Origin: a virus | Taxonomy: Duplodnaviria; Caudoviricetes | Length of the DNA stretch: 51,976 nucleotides | Reading direction: 5' to 3' (one strand) | IMG/VR virus record: IMGVR_UViG_3300012909_000006 | Coordinates: 1-51,976 of that record | In this document: piece by piece, positions 9,863 to 18,559 of the stretch | How positions within the stretch are numbered: position 1 is the stretch's first letter | How the letters are laid out: each line of letters starts with the position of its first letter | The notes under the pieces: model-generated | Told to the model about the DNA's origin: nothing | Seen by the model: only the letters and a program-made list of their open reading frames with translations | Databases searched by the model: none | Translations under genes and position numbers: made by a program

Positions 9863-10554
9863 TTGGCGATCCCGATATCAAAACAGTCGGTGCGGGTGTA
9901 GCAGATGCATTCGCAATCGAGCGCGGCCTGCAGCACCGTCAGGCGCCAGACCTCGCACAGCTGCGCGGCAGGTGACACCGTGACCGGGAATGAAACAATG
10001 AAGTAGCGCTGATCGACCGTCGCGGGCCCAACCGAAATGTGCGGCGTCTCAGCCATGCTGACTGGATCGATGCCGACAGCAATCATCACTTCAAAGATCG
10101 CGGTGTTGACGCCATCAGACGCCGACACATAGAAGCGTTCCTCGCCGACATAATTGGTCGACGGCATATAGGCAAAGGTACCGGCAGCATCGAGCACCAG
10201 CTTGCCGTGCTTGGCTCCGTACAGCGTCAGCAGCTTGAACGTCAGCGCCGTCAGCTCCGGATCCTTGATCATGTTGGTGAGATCGTTTTCGAGCAGCGCG
10301 TTCATCGGCGTCGAAAACTTCACCTCGGACGTCGCAGCCGGCGGCATGTTGCTGCCGACCGGTGCCGGACAGGTCTCCATCGGCTCGATCATGAATTGCG
10401 GCGTGCAGTGCAGCTCGCCGATCGGCACTGCCCAAGGGGCGTAACCGACGCTGACCTTGGTGGTGGTGCCCGGCTTCAACGCCATCTTCTGACAGCAACA
10501 GGTAAAGCAGCCAGCGTTCGCGGCTTCAATATTCTCGACGGTGAAATGATACAT
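9856..10554 (-). CDS. Cys-rich virion accessory protein with Ig/cadherin-like (Big_9-type) domain
   Basis: HGKLVLDAAGTFAYMPSTNYVGEERFYVSASDG Ig-like signature; 12 Cys clustered mainly near the termini. Confidence 0.65.
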   Translation of the reverse strand: MYHFTVENIEAANAGCFTCCCQKMALKPGTTTKVSVGYAPWAVPIGELHCTPQFMIEPMETCPAPVGSNMPPAATSEVKFSTPMNALLENDLTNMIKDPELTALTFKLLTLYGAKHGKLVLDAAGTFAYMPSTNYVGEERFYVSASDGVNTAIFEVMIAVGIDPVSMAETPHISVGPATVDQRYFIVSFPVTVSPAAQLCEVWRLTVLQAALDCECICYTRTDCFDIGIAKC

Positions 10555-10580
10555 GGCTGCAGCGCTCCGTTGAAAGGAGA

Positions 10581-10606
10581 CCGACGCCGGGGTTAACCGG
10601 CGTCGG
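10581..10606. promoter_or_regulatory. Intergenic GC-rich hairpin (mRNA stabiliser or attenuator)
   Basis: CCGACGCCGG-ggttaa-CCGGCGTCGG perfect 10-bp stem; no U-tail. Confidence 0.5.
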
Positions 10607-10619
10607 GATTCGCGGTCTA

Positions 10620-11243
10620 CTACTTCTTTGGTGCCGCGGTAGGCGGCAGTCCCTGGTCAGGCTTGTCTGGAGCGCCGCCCGGCAGTTCATTGCCCGGCGT
10701 GGCAGGCTGCTGCGGCTTCTGCGCCCAAGCCCAGACCAGTGCGCCTTGCACACTGACCAGCACCCAGGCGCCTTCCTCGGCGTTGACCTTCTCCGGCGGT
10801 GCGGTCGCAATAGCAGTGCCGTGCGGCGTTGCACCGGGAACGATCGGTTGACCGGTGCCATAGTCAGGCCGGCCAGGCAGCGAGTTGTCGATGCCCGGTT
10901 GCGAGCCCGGCAAACCCTGATCGGGACGGAGTCCCCAATTCGGCGGCAGACCCTGCCCTGGCATCGGCGGCAAGCCCGAACCCGGCGGACGGTTACCAGG
11001 ATGGCCACCGCCACCCGGCAGGCCCTGATCCGGTCGGCCGCCCCACGATCCCGGCACCCAGTTGCCCGGATGACCGTAGCCAGGGAGACCCTGATCCGGA
11101 TGACCGTAACCCGGCAGACCCTGATCAGGATGACCGTAGCCCGGCAAACCCTGATCGGGACGGCCGTAACCCGGCAAACCTTGATCGGGTCGGCCGCCAT
11201 AAACCGGCAGCGGATAGCCTTGAACAATAACCCACATTAGCAC
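10620..11243 (-). CDS. Pro/Gly-rich tandem-repeat protein (PDQGLP repeats)
   Basis: AAAGGAG RBS; seven PDQGLP copies, four of them as a 30-bp tandem repeat. Confidence 0.75.
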   Translation of the reverse strand: MLMWVIVQGYPLPVYGGRPDQGLPGYGRPDQGLPGYGHPDQGLPGYGHPDQGLPGYGHPGNWVPGSWGGRPDQGLPGGGGHPGNRPPGSGLPPMPGQGLPPNWGLRPDQGLPGSQPGIDNSLPGRPDYGTGQPIVPGATPHGTAIATAPPEKVNAEEGAWVLVSVQGALVWAWAQKPQQPATPGNELPGGAPDKPDQGLPPTAAPKK

Positions 11244-11407
11244 TCACTCCTTTGTCAGTTGAAATTTTGTCGCGAAAGCCCAGGGGATCCGAAATCATTC
11301 GGGAGGTGATTAGTGATCCGCGCTGAAACAATTTCGAATCCCCCAAGCCTTCAACCAGCGCCGTCGACACAGAGGGGGCCGGGTTTACGGCGCTGGAAGC
11401 CGCTTAC

Positions 11408-11503
11408 CTACGGCGCCGCAGGCGGGCATTGGAAGCAAGGCGGCGTCGCAAGTGTGGTCGCAGCATTGCTGGTGCACCGATTAGTGCATCGGACAACAAT
11501 CAT
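11408..11503 (-). CDS. 31-aa Cys-rich micropeptide (not in the ORF track)
   Basis: AAAGGAGAG RBS; ATGA overlap with upstream stop; MIVVRCTNRCTSNAATTLATPPCFQCPPAAP. Confidence 0.65.
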   Translation of the reverse strand: MIVVRCTNRCTSNAATTLATPPCFQCPPAAP

Positions 11504-11808
11504 GATCTCTCTCCTTTGGATTTACGGTGTTCTTCCTTCGGCTCGAACTGCTTGTTGTAAGCAGTCACCTCGGAAGCCTTCATCGGCCTGGCGTAGCCCT
11601 TGTTGATCAGGTAATTGGCAACGTCAGCCTGCAACACGGCTTGCATGGTTTCTTTTTCCCATTCGATCTTGAAGCTCTCGCTAAAAAATCCGGGACGATA
11701 TTCGAACCATTTGATTTCATCGTTCTGGCCACTGCTGACCAGCATGACAACGCCGATGCCATGATCGGAAATCGGTCTGCCATCATCACCGATAATCAGT
11801 TGATCCAT
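11500..11808 (-). CDS. Hypothetical head-module protein
   Basis: GGAG RBS; overlaps neighbours in the operon. Confidence 0.65.
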   Translation of the reverse strand: MDQLIIGDDGRPISDHGIGVVMLVSSGQNDEIKWFEYRPGFFSESFKIEWEKETMQAVLQADVANYLINKGYARPMKASEVTAYNKQFEPKEEHRKSKGERS

Positions 11809-12194
11809 GCCCGCACTCCGCTAAGTCGGCGCAGCATGCGATCTTTCCAAGCGAGATGCGGACAGACCGTTCGCTTCAATTTCACCACGACTTTCGGGTC
11901 ACCTTTATCGATCTCTTGCATGACACGAATGTAACCGTCGATGTCGGCGGTGAAACTGATCTCGCCTTGCTGTCGAAATACATCGAGCCGCAGCATCATC
12001 GGCGATAGCATTTGCGGCATATCGCCGACCGCCATCTTCTCGCGCACGTTGGCAACATAGGGCGAGTAATCGGCCTCACCCTCCTTGGCAAACACGAACA
12101 GTCGACCAAGTTTTGCCTGTGCCGGTAGCTGGCCCCGGATCACGACTTCATCACCGGGGCCAACACGTAGCGCTCTGCCGATCGCGACGCGCAT
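11796..12194 (-). CDS. Hypothetical head-module protein
   Basis: Tight operon packing. Confidence 0.65.
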   Translation of the reverse strand: MRVAIGRALRVGPGDEVVIRGQLPAQAKLGRLFVFAKEGEADYSPYVANVREKMAVGDMPQMLSPMMLRLDVFRQQGEISFTADIDGYIRVMQEIDKGDPKVVVKLKRTVCPHLAWKDRMLRRLSGVRAWIN

Positions 12195-12196
12195 GC

Positions 12197-12613
12197 TTAC
12201 TTTGGCCCGCCAAGGATCACGACAACTTCAACCTTGCCGGTGTCGCCGGAGACAGGCTCGACCTGGATAAAGGCGTCGGGCTTGCACGGCAGCGTGGCTG
12301 TGCAGACCGAGCCAGCTTTGGTACCGGCCGGAATAACGATCTGCGATTCCGGATTCGGCACGGTGCCCCACGGCGCGCGACAGGTCAGCACTTCCTCGAC
12401 CGGATGCTGTGCGCCGGGCAGGCACGGATCGGCATCGCTCGGCGGTGCCGCGACGACTTCAAAAATCGCGTCGGCCACAATATCCGCAACGACGTGAAAG
12501 CTGAATCCGAAGTGGTTGTGATAACGGATGTCAACCGGAGGATTGAGGTTGACCGCCGTGATCGCTCGCCACGCCAGAACGCCCTGGTTCTGAGAAGCAA
12601 CGTTGATGTTCAT
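12197..12613 (-). CDS. Putative capsid decoration protein
   Basis: Beta-rich 138 aa with 4 Cys, two genes after the capsid; GGAG RBS before ATG 12613. Confidence 0.5.
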   Translation of the reverse strand: MNINVASQNQGVLAWRAITAVNLNPPVDIRYHNHFGFSFHVVADIVADAIFEVVAAPPSDADPCLPGAQHPVEEVLTCRAPWGTVPNPESQIVIPAGTKAGSVCTATLPCKPDAFIQVEPVSGDTGKVEVVVILGGPK

Positions 12614-12653
12614 TTCTATAACTCCATTGATGAAGCTTGATGGATGGATGGCC

Positions 12654-12896
12654 CTATTCGGCCTTGGCCGGTTCAGGCTGTGGCTCGGGCTCGGGCTCAT
12701 CCGATGTCTGAGTGAATTCGCCGGTTCGCATCATCCGGCGAAAATCCTCCTGATCGATGAGCCAGTTGTCCGTCGCAGAATGTGCAAAGCGCTTTTCACG
12801 CTCTTGCCGACGCTCTTGCTGGCGCTCCAGACGCTCCTGGCGCTCCTGCTGAAACCGCTCCTGACGGTCCTTGGTATCCTGGTCGGTGTCGGTCAT
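12654..12896 (-). CDS. Small Glu/Gln/Arg-rich hypothetical protein
   Basis: GGGAGG RBS; QERFQQERQERLERQQE low-complexity coil. Confidence 0.6.
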   Translation of the reverse strand: MTDTDQDTKDRQERFQQERQERLERQQERRQEREKRFAHSATDNWLIDQEDFRRMMRTGEFTQTSDEPEPEPQPEPAKAE

Positions 12897-12925
12897 GCTG
12901 ACCTCCCGCTGGTTTGAGGTTGCGA

Positions 12926-14344
12926 CTACGGACCGACGGTGAGGATGCGCGCCGCCGGGCAACACCCGACAAAGCCGCCGTCCTCAGCGCCGAATACGTA
13001 CTGCACGCACCACGCGGTCGAGCCGCCTTCCCACTGCTCCATCCACAGCGGACGCTTGTTGACGGCATAGTAGGCCGCCTTCCAATTTCCGACCGCGACC
13101 AGGAAATCGCCAGTCGTGAACGGTACGCCATTGGAGCCCTTGGTCAGGCCCTCGGTGGCGTCCGGCAGACAGTTCGAGATCCGGATGTTCTCGCGGACGT
13201 CATTCGGCGAGTAGGTCATCAGACCATCGCCGAACAGGAAGCGACCGTTGCCATCGACCATCGCCGCCAGGTAGGCGAACATGTTCTGATGCATCACCGC
13301 CACCACCGGACCGTATTCGACCGGAGCTGACGCATAGAACAGCCGGAAGTCGATGTGGTTGAACGCAGTAGAGGGGGTCTTCATGATCGGGAAGCAACCG
13401 GCATTCATCCAACCGGCCGGTCCATCGACGCCGCCACCGACCATCAGCGAACGGTTGCGGTTGATGCGATAGGAACGCGCCACCGCATTGTTCATGAAGC
13501 CGAGCAGATCGTAATTGGCTTCGGTGAGCACTTTGCGATTGAAGCAAAACACGCCGCGCCAATCGTAGGTCTGGCCGTTCTTGAACTGGATATTGCCTTC
13601 CGGACCATACTCGGCGTCGCACTTGGCATCGCAGGTGTATTGGCCGATCGCGCCGTAATCCAGGATCTGCGGATACATGAACGATGATTTCGAGACCGTG
13701 ACCGAGTTGTAAAGGTCCAGCAGCTCGGCACATTCGACGATGCAGTTGACTTCGATGCCGAGCATTTCCGGCGCAAACATCGCCGAGTCGAGGCTTCCGG
13801 CTTCGAACGCCTTGCGCTCCATCTCAGTGAAAGAGCGGATGATCTTCTGCTTTGACTCGATGCCGGTCTTCATCAGCTTGCGCACGGCAGAACGATACTG
13901 GGTGCAGTCGACCAGATTGTCCATGTCGGGGACAAAGTCGTCGTGATCACCACCCTTGTGCAGGAAGGCGCGGCGCTGCAGCTCGATTGCCGCCTTGGTG
14001 TCGCTTTCCTTGAGCACGTCACCGCCGCGCACATACGGCGCGTCGATTTCTTTTTTGACCTGGTCGAGCGCCTGTTCAAGCATCTGCTGCTTGGTGGTCA
14101 GCGCGGCATACTCGGCGGCGTGCTTGGCAACTTCGGCACGAATGGTGTCGCTGTCGGCCTTGACGCCGGAGTAGTGGGTGGTGAGATCCTTGAACTGAAC
14201 GTCGATCGCGGCGCGGTTGCTCTCGATGGCGCCGACGATATCGCCGAACTCCTTGCTCAATACTGCCAGTGCGGCATCAGCCGTAACGCGATCGGCCGGC
14301 GCTTCCTTGGTCAGGAACGCGCCTTTCTGGATATGCGTATTCAT
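12926..14344 (-). CDS. Major capsid protein, HK97 fold
   Basis: N-terminal coiled coil (delta-like), MVDGNGRFLF motif; follows the protease. Confidence 0.9.
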   Translation of the reverse strand: MNTHIQKGAFLTKEAPADRVTADAALAVLSKEFGDIVGAIESNRAAIDVQFKDLTTHYSGVKADSDTIRAEVAKHAAEYAALTTKQQMLEQALDQVKKEIDAPYVRGGDVLKESDTKAAIELQRRAFLHKGGDHDDFVPDMDNLVDCTQYRSAVRKLMKTGIESKQKIIRSFTEMERKAFEAGSLDSAMFAPEMLGIEVNCIVECAELLDLYNSVTVSKSSFMYPQILDYGAIGQYTCDAKCDAEYGPEGNIQFKNGQTYDWRGVFCFNRKVLTEANYDLLGFMNNAVARSYRINRNRSLMVGGGVDGPAGWMNAGCFPIMKTPSTAFNHIDFRLFYASAPVEYGPVVAVMHQNMFAYLAAMVDGNGRFLFGDGLMTYSPNDVRENIRISNCLPDATEGLTKGSNGVPFTTGDFLVAVGNWKAAYYAVNKRPLWMEQWEGGSTAWCVQYVFGAEDGGFVGCCPAARILTVGP

Positions 14345-14370
14345 GATGATTTTCCTTGATGGGTTGGGGA

Positions 14371-15114
14371 TCAGCGCAACGCGCGCATGGCGCGTTCCTT
14401 GAGATCCGTGCAGGCCTTTAACTGTTGGGCAACATCCACCAAGGGATGGTCGGCTTGGCCGATTTGCCGCGCACCAGGCGCCAGCTCATCGAGGAACAGG
14501 TGCTCGTTGGCCTTGAGATAACGGGCCAATTTCTGCGCCTCATTCCTACTCCGACAGAACTCGCCGGCCACCAGGGCCTTTTCGAGTTCTGACAGTGTTT
14601 CGTGTGATTTGATGAAATCCATGGTGGCTTCCGGCTGCGCCGGGAAGGTGACGACGCTGACCTCGATGAGGTTGCCCTGCTTGATCACCAGATATTCGCC
14701 ATCCTTGGACTTGTCGCCGTCGACAAAGGTGAATTCCTCCAGCTCAAAACCGACGGAAAAATTCAGGCCGCCGACTTTCTTGGCGACGATGTAGAGATCC
14801 TTGACGTAGGAGACGTCGAGAAACAGCTGGCCCTCGATGCGCAACTCGTCACCGATCGTCTTCAATGATTCGATATTGCCGGCAACCTGGCGGGTGTTGT
14901 GATGGTTGAGCAGTTTGATGCCGCCCGGACCATTGAGGCCATTGCGCTTGATCGACTTGTCGAACGCGCCGGCCAGCACCTTGTGGCCCATCAGGTCAGT
15001 CTTCGGCGTTGACGCGGTGCCTTTGATGTAGCCGTCTTCCAAAATGTCCGCTGACAGCGTTGCGATATCGAATTCACATTCGACGCGATCACCGGGCTTG
15101 AAGTGCTTGGTCAT
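14371..15114 (-). CDS. Prohead maturation protease (HK97 family)
   Basis: GAFDKSI, LLNHH, FSVGF and EVSVVTFPAQP motifs. Confidence 0.92.
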   Translation of the reverse strand: MTKHFKPGDRVECEFDIATLSADILEDGYIKGTASTPKTDLMGHKVLAGAFDKSIKRNGLNGPGGIKLLNHHNTRQVAGNIESLKTIGDELRIEGQLFLDVSYVKDLYIVAKKVGGLNFSVGFELEEFTFVDGDKSKDGEYLVIKQGNLIEVSVVTFPAQPEATMDFIKSHETLSELEKALVAGEFCRSRNEAQKLARYLKANEHLFLDELAPGARQIGQADHPLVDVAQQLKACTDLKERAMRALR

Positions 15115-16463
15115 GACACAACCCTCATCTTGGCGTCCTTGTCGGCGGGTTTCGGTTTTGGTTCGGCTACGGGCACCTCGGGCGGTGCATCGACCGGCTC
15201 GCCATCGCTGGTCACTGCGGTGCCAGACGACAGCATCACTTGCGGGATATCGGCATTCGGTTCGAAGCCAAGGATCTCGCGCTTCTCATCCGACGTCAGG
15301 AAGTTCACACGGCTCAAGGTCTCGCCGAGCTTGGCGCGGTCTTCCCACATCGCCGGAATGGCATCGTAATCGAAGTTGACCCGCGCACCTGGCGGGCAGA
15401 TCGCTGCCGTCATACCGGCCGCGATCGGGATCAGGTAACAAGGCGCCACGGTGTCCTGCCAGAAGCTGCGGCGGCTTTCCTGGTAATTGCTGGCGTATTT
15501 GGCGCTATCTGCAGATCCCAATCCCAACAAGGCAATTGGCACGCCAAATACGCCAGCAATCTGCCGGGTCATGTCGTCGAGTGGCAGCTTGGTGTGGATG
15601 TCCTTGAGATCGTTGTCGAGCTTATGGACGGTGACGGACGTATTGTAGAGAAACAGCACGCTGCCTGAATAATCTTCGCCAGGCGTGGCGTCCTCCAGAT
15701 GTTTTTTCAGCGCTTCCATCTGCGTTTTCGTCAACGTCTTCTCGGCAGTGACGACGTATTTGACGTTGGGATGTCCGCTGGCGGTGTCGAGCGCGCGCTG
15801 CATCAGTGCATCGATAATGGCGATCGGCTTGGCGATGCTTTCGATCGCAGCCGGCGCCTTGTTATATTCGATCAAACCCGTCAACGACGGGAATGAGATC
15901 TCGGCGCCGTAGGATTCGTTGCGCCCGCGCCGCTCTGCCACGCGGCGCGTAGGCAATGTAATTTTGTCGGCGGTGCTGGTGCCGTATTCATAAGCCTCGA
16001 CGCCGCCGCGATTGTTAAGGATGCCCTTGGTGTATTTGGCAGCGAGCGGATAGATGCCGGTCGGCGTGCCGGTCGAGCCGACGCCGACCTTGAAGTGCGC
16101 ACGGCCATAGAGCATCAGGTTGAGCGAGATCCAGTATTCGAGCTGCTGACTGGTGAAATTTTCATTGGGCGATTTGAGCAGTTCGTTGATCGGCTTCAAA
16201 TTGGCGGGACCGGCCTGATCGGTCTTGTTCTTGAGCGTCGGATCCGCTTCGCAGAACCACGGCACCGCCTGAACAGATGACGCCACGAAATTGGTGATGC
16301 GATACAGCTGCGGATTCTTGCGCTGCGCGGTTTCGGCGGTGACGATCGCGGCTTGCGACAGGAAGCGCACCGGCTGCCCGCCCATCATGACAATAGGCGA
16401 GATCGGTTCATCACTGTCTGCCCGATCTGGTTTCTTTTTCAGGAACAGATCGCGCAGCTGCAT
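15111..16463 (-). CDS. Portal protein (HK97 family)
   Basis: LLKSPNE, LMLYGRAH, IAGVFGVP and LTSDEKREILG motifs. Confidence 0.92.
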   Translation of the reverse strand: MQLRDLFLKKKPDRADSDEPISPIVMMGGQPVRFLSQAAIVTAETAQRKNPQLYRITNFVASSVQAVPWFCEADPTLKNKTDQAGPANLKPINELLKSPNENFTSQQLEYWISLNLMLYGRAHFKVGVGSTGTPTGIYPLAAKYTKGILNNRGGVEAYEYGTSTADKITLPTRRVAERRGRNESYGAEISFPSLTGLIEYNKAPAAIESIAKPIAIIDALMQRALDTASGHPNVKYVVTAEKTLTKTQMEALKKHLEDATPGEDYSGSVLFLYNTSVTVHKLDNDLKDIHTKLPLDDMTRQIAGVFGVPIALLGLGSADSAKYASNYQESRRSFWQDTVAPCYLIPIAAGMTAAICPPGARVNFDYDAIPAMWEDRAKLGETLSRVNFLTSDEKREILGFEPNADIPQVMLSSGTAVTSDGEPVDAPPEVPVAEPKPKPADKDAKMRVVS

Positions 16464-16477
16464 GTCAGCATGTCACC

Positions 16478-16576
16478 TTAGTTATAGAACACTGCAAAAA
16501 ACAGAATGACGATGATGAAAACGCCGAACAGCAGCCACGGCACGTCACGGCGATCCATCGGTGTTCTCGGATTCAT
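16478..16576 (-). CDS. 32-aa single-pass membrane peptide (not in the ORF track)
   Basis: MNPRTPMDRRDVPWLLFGVFIIVILFFAVFYN; ATG abuts the upstream TAG. Confidence 0.45.
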   Translation of the reverse strand: MNPRTPMDRRDVPWLLFGVFIIVILFFAVFYN

Positions 16577-16780
16577 CTAGACCTGGCGGCGGTTGACGCC
16601 CGCGGTCGCCATGCGTTGCGAAGAAAGGGAGGCCGAACGCACAATGCGCGGCTGGTTGGCGGTGACGCCGTGCGACGCCGGCGCCGCCATGCGGGTTGCC
16701 GGCGCATGACTGCCGGGCTGCCGCGTCGGCATCGCTACTGAACTTTTCCTGAACTTGTTTCCACCGCAACCACAACCCAT
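16577..16780 (-). CDS. Small basic protein with N-terminal MGCGCGG
   Basis: AAAGGA RBS; between terL and portal. Confidence 0.6.
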   Translation of the reverse strand: MGCGCGGNKFRKSSVAMPTRQPGSHAPATRMAAPASHGVTANQPRIVRSASLSSQRMATAGVNRRQV

Positions 16781-16795
16781 GACCGATTCCTTTGA

Positions 16796-18079
16796 TTACC
16801 ATTTGCGAAATAATTTGAAGACGCCGCCGTGCGGATCGAACGACGCGTCGCCGCCCTCCAGGCTGAGATCTTCGACCGCATACCGGGTGGCATCCCAACC
16901 GTGGTTGTTGGCGTCGACCGGTATCGGCAGAATCTTGCCACTCAGCCGTTCCATCTGCCAGCTGTAGAGCCGGGCTTCATCGCGCAGCTTTTCGCAGGAT
17001 GGATCGATGACGATGTCATAGCTCTGCAGAAAGTTGATGCCGGACTTGATCGAACCCGGCCCTTTCTTGGCGCCTTCGACGTTCAGACCGCGACGACGCA
17101 GGAATTCGATGGTGCCAGGCTGGCTGGAGTCCGCCTTGACCAGATCGCGGTCATGATCGACGACGCTGCGCACCAGTAGCGGCAGATCATCCATCGGCAC
17201 CCGGCCGCAGGCTTCACGCGCGATGTAGATTTGCTTGCGGTCCTCGTTGACGAACATCTTGATGACAAATGACGGATCGTTGCCAAAACCGAAATCCATG
17301 CCGTAGCGCGGCGGGATAATATCGGGATCAACCTGGAGCTGGCCGATACGCACGCCAGGAAACACCTTGCTCTCATGCCGGAGATCGTAAGCGCCTTCCC
17401 AGACGTGATTGAAACGCGCCGGGTTGCCGCGCCGCAACGTCTCCATTTCACCGACCAGCTCGGTGCCATGAAAGAACGGGTTGTCCTTGTAGTTGACCTC
17501 GGTGACGATCGATCGCGGCGGCGGCCCTTGCGGCCCGCGGAAGTAGCGATCGACCGGATCATCCGGCAGCTCCGGATTCCAGGTCCAGATAATTTCGGAG
17601 CCGGCCTTGCGGACGGTCGGCAGCAGGATCTCCATCGACTTGGTGTTGGTGGTGCGGGCTTCCTCCACCCAGACGTAGTCGGCACCCTCCAGCGAGCGGA
17701 TGCTTTCCACATTGCGCTCCAGGCCGATGAACAGAAACTCCGAACCGTTGACGTGAGTGATGCTGCGATCGGTGACGGTGAACTGCGACGACAGATTAAG
17801 ATCCTTGATCCGCTTTTCGATCAGCTCCTTTGACGAATCGCGAATCGAATTCTGAAACTGCCGGCAACAGACGATGCGCTTGCGCATCTTGCAGGCTTCG
17901 ATCACCAGCCAGGTGGCGACCGACCAGGACTTGCCGCTTCCGCGTCCGCCGAACAGCGCCTTGTGCCGGGCTGGCGTGAACAGCGTGCGGGTAAACTTCT
18001 CGCCAAAGAACACATCGACGGCGCGCGCCTTTGGCGGCTCGGTCTGCCCGGCAATCGGTGGCGCCTGATGCTGGTTCAT
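16796..18079 (-). CDS. terL: Terminase large subunit (PBSX/Terminase_3 type)
   Basis: Walker A GGRGSGKS, WVEEA Walker B, GMDFG...DP nuclease motif, NNHGWDATRYA. Confidence 0.95.
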   Translation of the reverse strand: MNQHQAPPIAGQTEPPKARAVDVFFGEKFTRTLFTPARHKALFGGRGSGKSWSVATWLVIEACKMRKRIVCCRQFQNSIRDSSKELIEKRIKDLNLSSQFTVTDRSITHVNGSEFLFIGLERNVESIRSLEGADYVWVEEARTTNTKSMEILLPTVRKAGSEIIWTWNPELPDDPVDRYFRGPQGPPPRSIVTEVNYKDNPFFHGTELVGEMETLRRGNPARFNHVWEGAYDLRHESKVFPGVRIGQLQVDPDIIPPRYGMDFGFGNDPSFVIKMFVNEDRKQIYIAREACGRVPMDDLPLLVRSVVDHDRDLVKADSSQPGTIEFLRRRGLNVEGAKKGPGSIKSGINFLQSYDIVIDPSCEKLRDEARLYSWQMERLSGKILPIPVDANNHGWDATRYAVEDLSLEGGDASFDPHGGVFKLFRKW

Positions 18080-18369
18080 CAGCTTGTCAGGGCTGCGATC
18101 GTGATGCCGATGGCGACGGCAATGGCTGATGCGGCCCAACCGATCACGACGCCGATGAATAGCCCTCGAAACAACAGGCAGCACGGGCAGTCGGTGAACA
18201 GATATTGCGTGACGACAGCAGTCCAGTGGTCCTCAGACTGGCACCAGGCCGGCGCAAATCGGTGGCTGGCCCAGGCCAGCGTGTTGCTGAGTGAATTGTC
18301 GGTCCACTCGACCGGGCTGTCTTCCTCGCTCGGATCAGCCTGGGGAAGATCGCCAGGACGGAACTTCAT
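18079..18369 (-). CDS. Small membrane protein with CPCC motif
   Basis: TDCPCC followed by a C-terminal hydrophobic helix; stop overlaps the terL start. Confidence 0.6.
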   Translation of the reverse strand: MKFRPGDLPQADPSEEDSPVEWTDNSLSNTLAWASHRFAPAWCQSEDHWTAVVTQYLFTDCPCCLLFRGLFIGVVIGWAASAIAVAIGITIAALTS

Positions 18370-18444
18370 ATGGTGGATTTCCCCGTATTTTCCCGGTATT
18401 TCCAGCTATTTTGCAGCATTTCCCAAATTTTTTTGATATTCGGA

Positions 18445-18473
18445 TTGACTATGCGGTACGGATCTCGTATTAC
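18445..18473 (+). promoter_or_regulatory. Sigma70-type promoter of the moron
   Basis: TTGACT-17 nt-TATTAC. Confidence 0.65.
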
Positions 18474-18559
18474 GTACAAATGCCGGGACGATTAATGTTG
18501 CCGGAAACCCAAAGGAAACCCATTGTGAAAGCGCTCATCTTAACCTTGACGGCCAGGTC

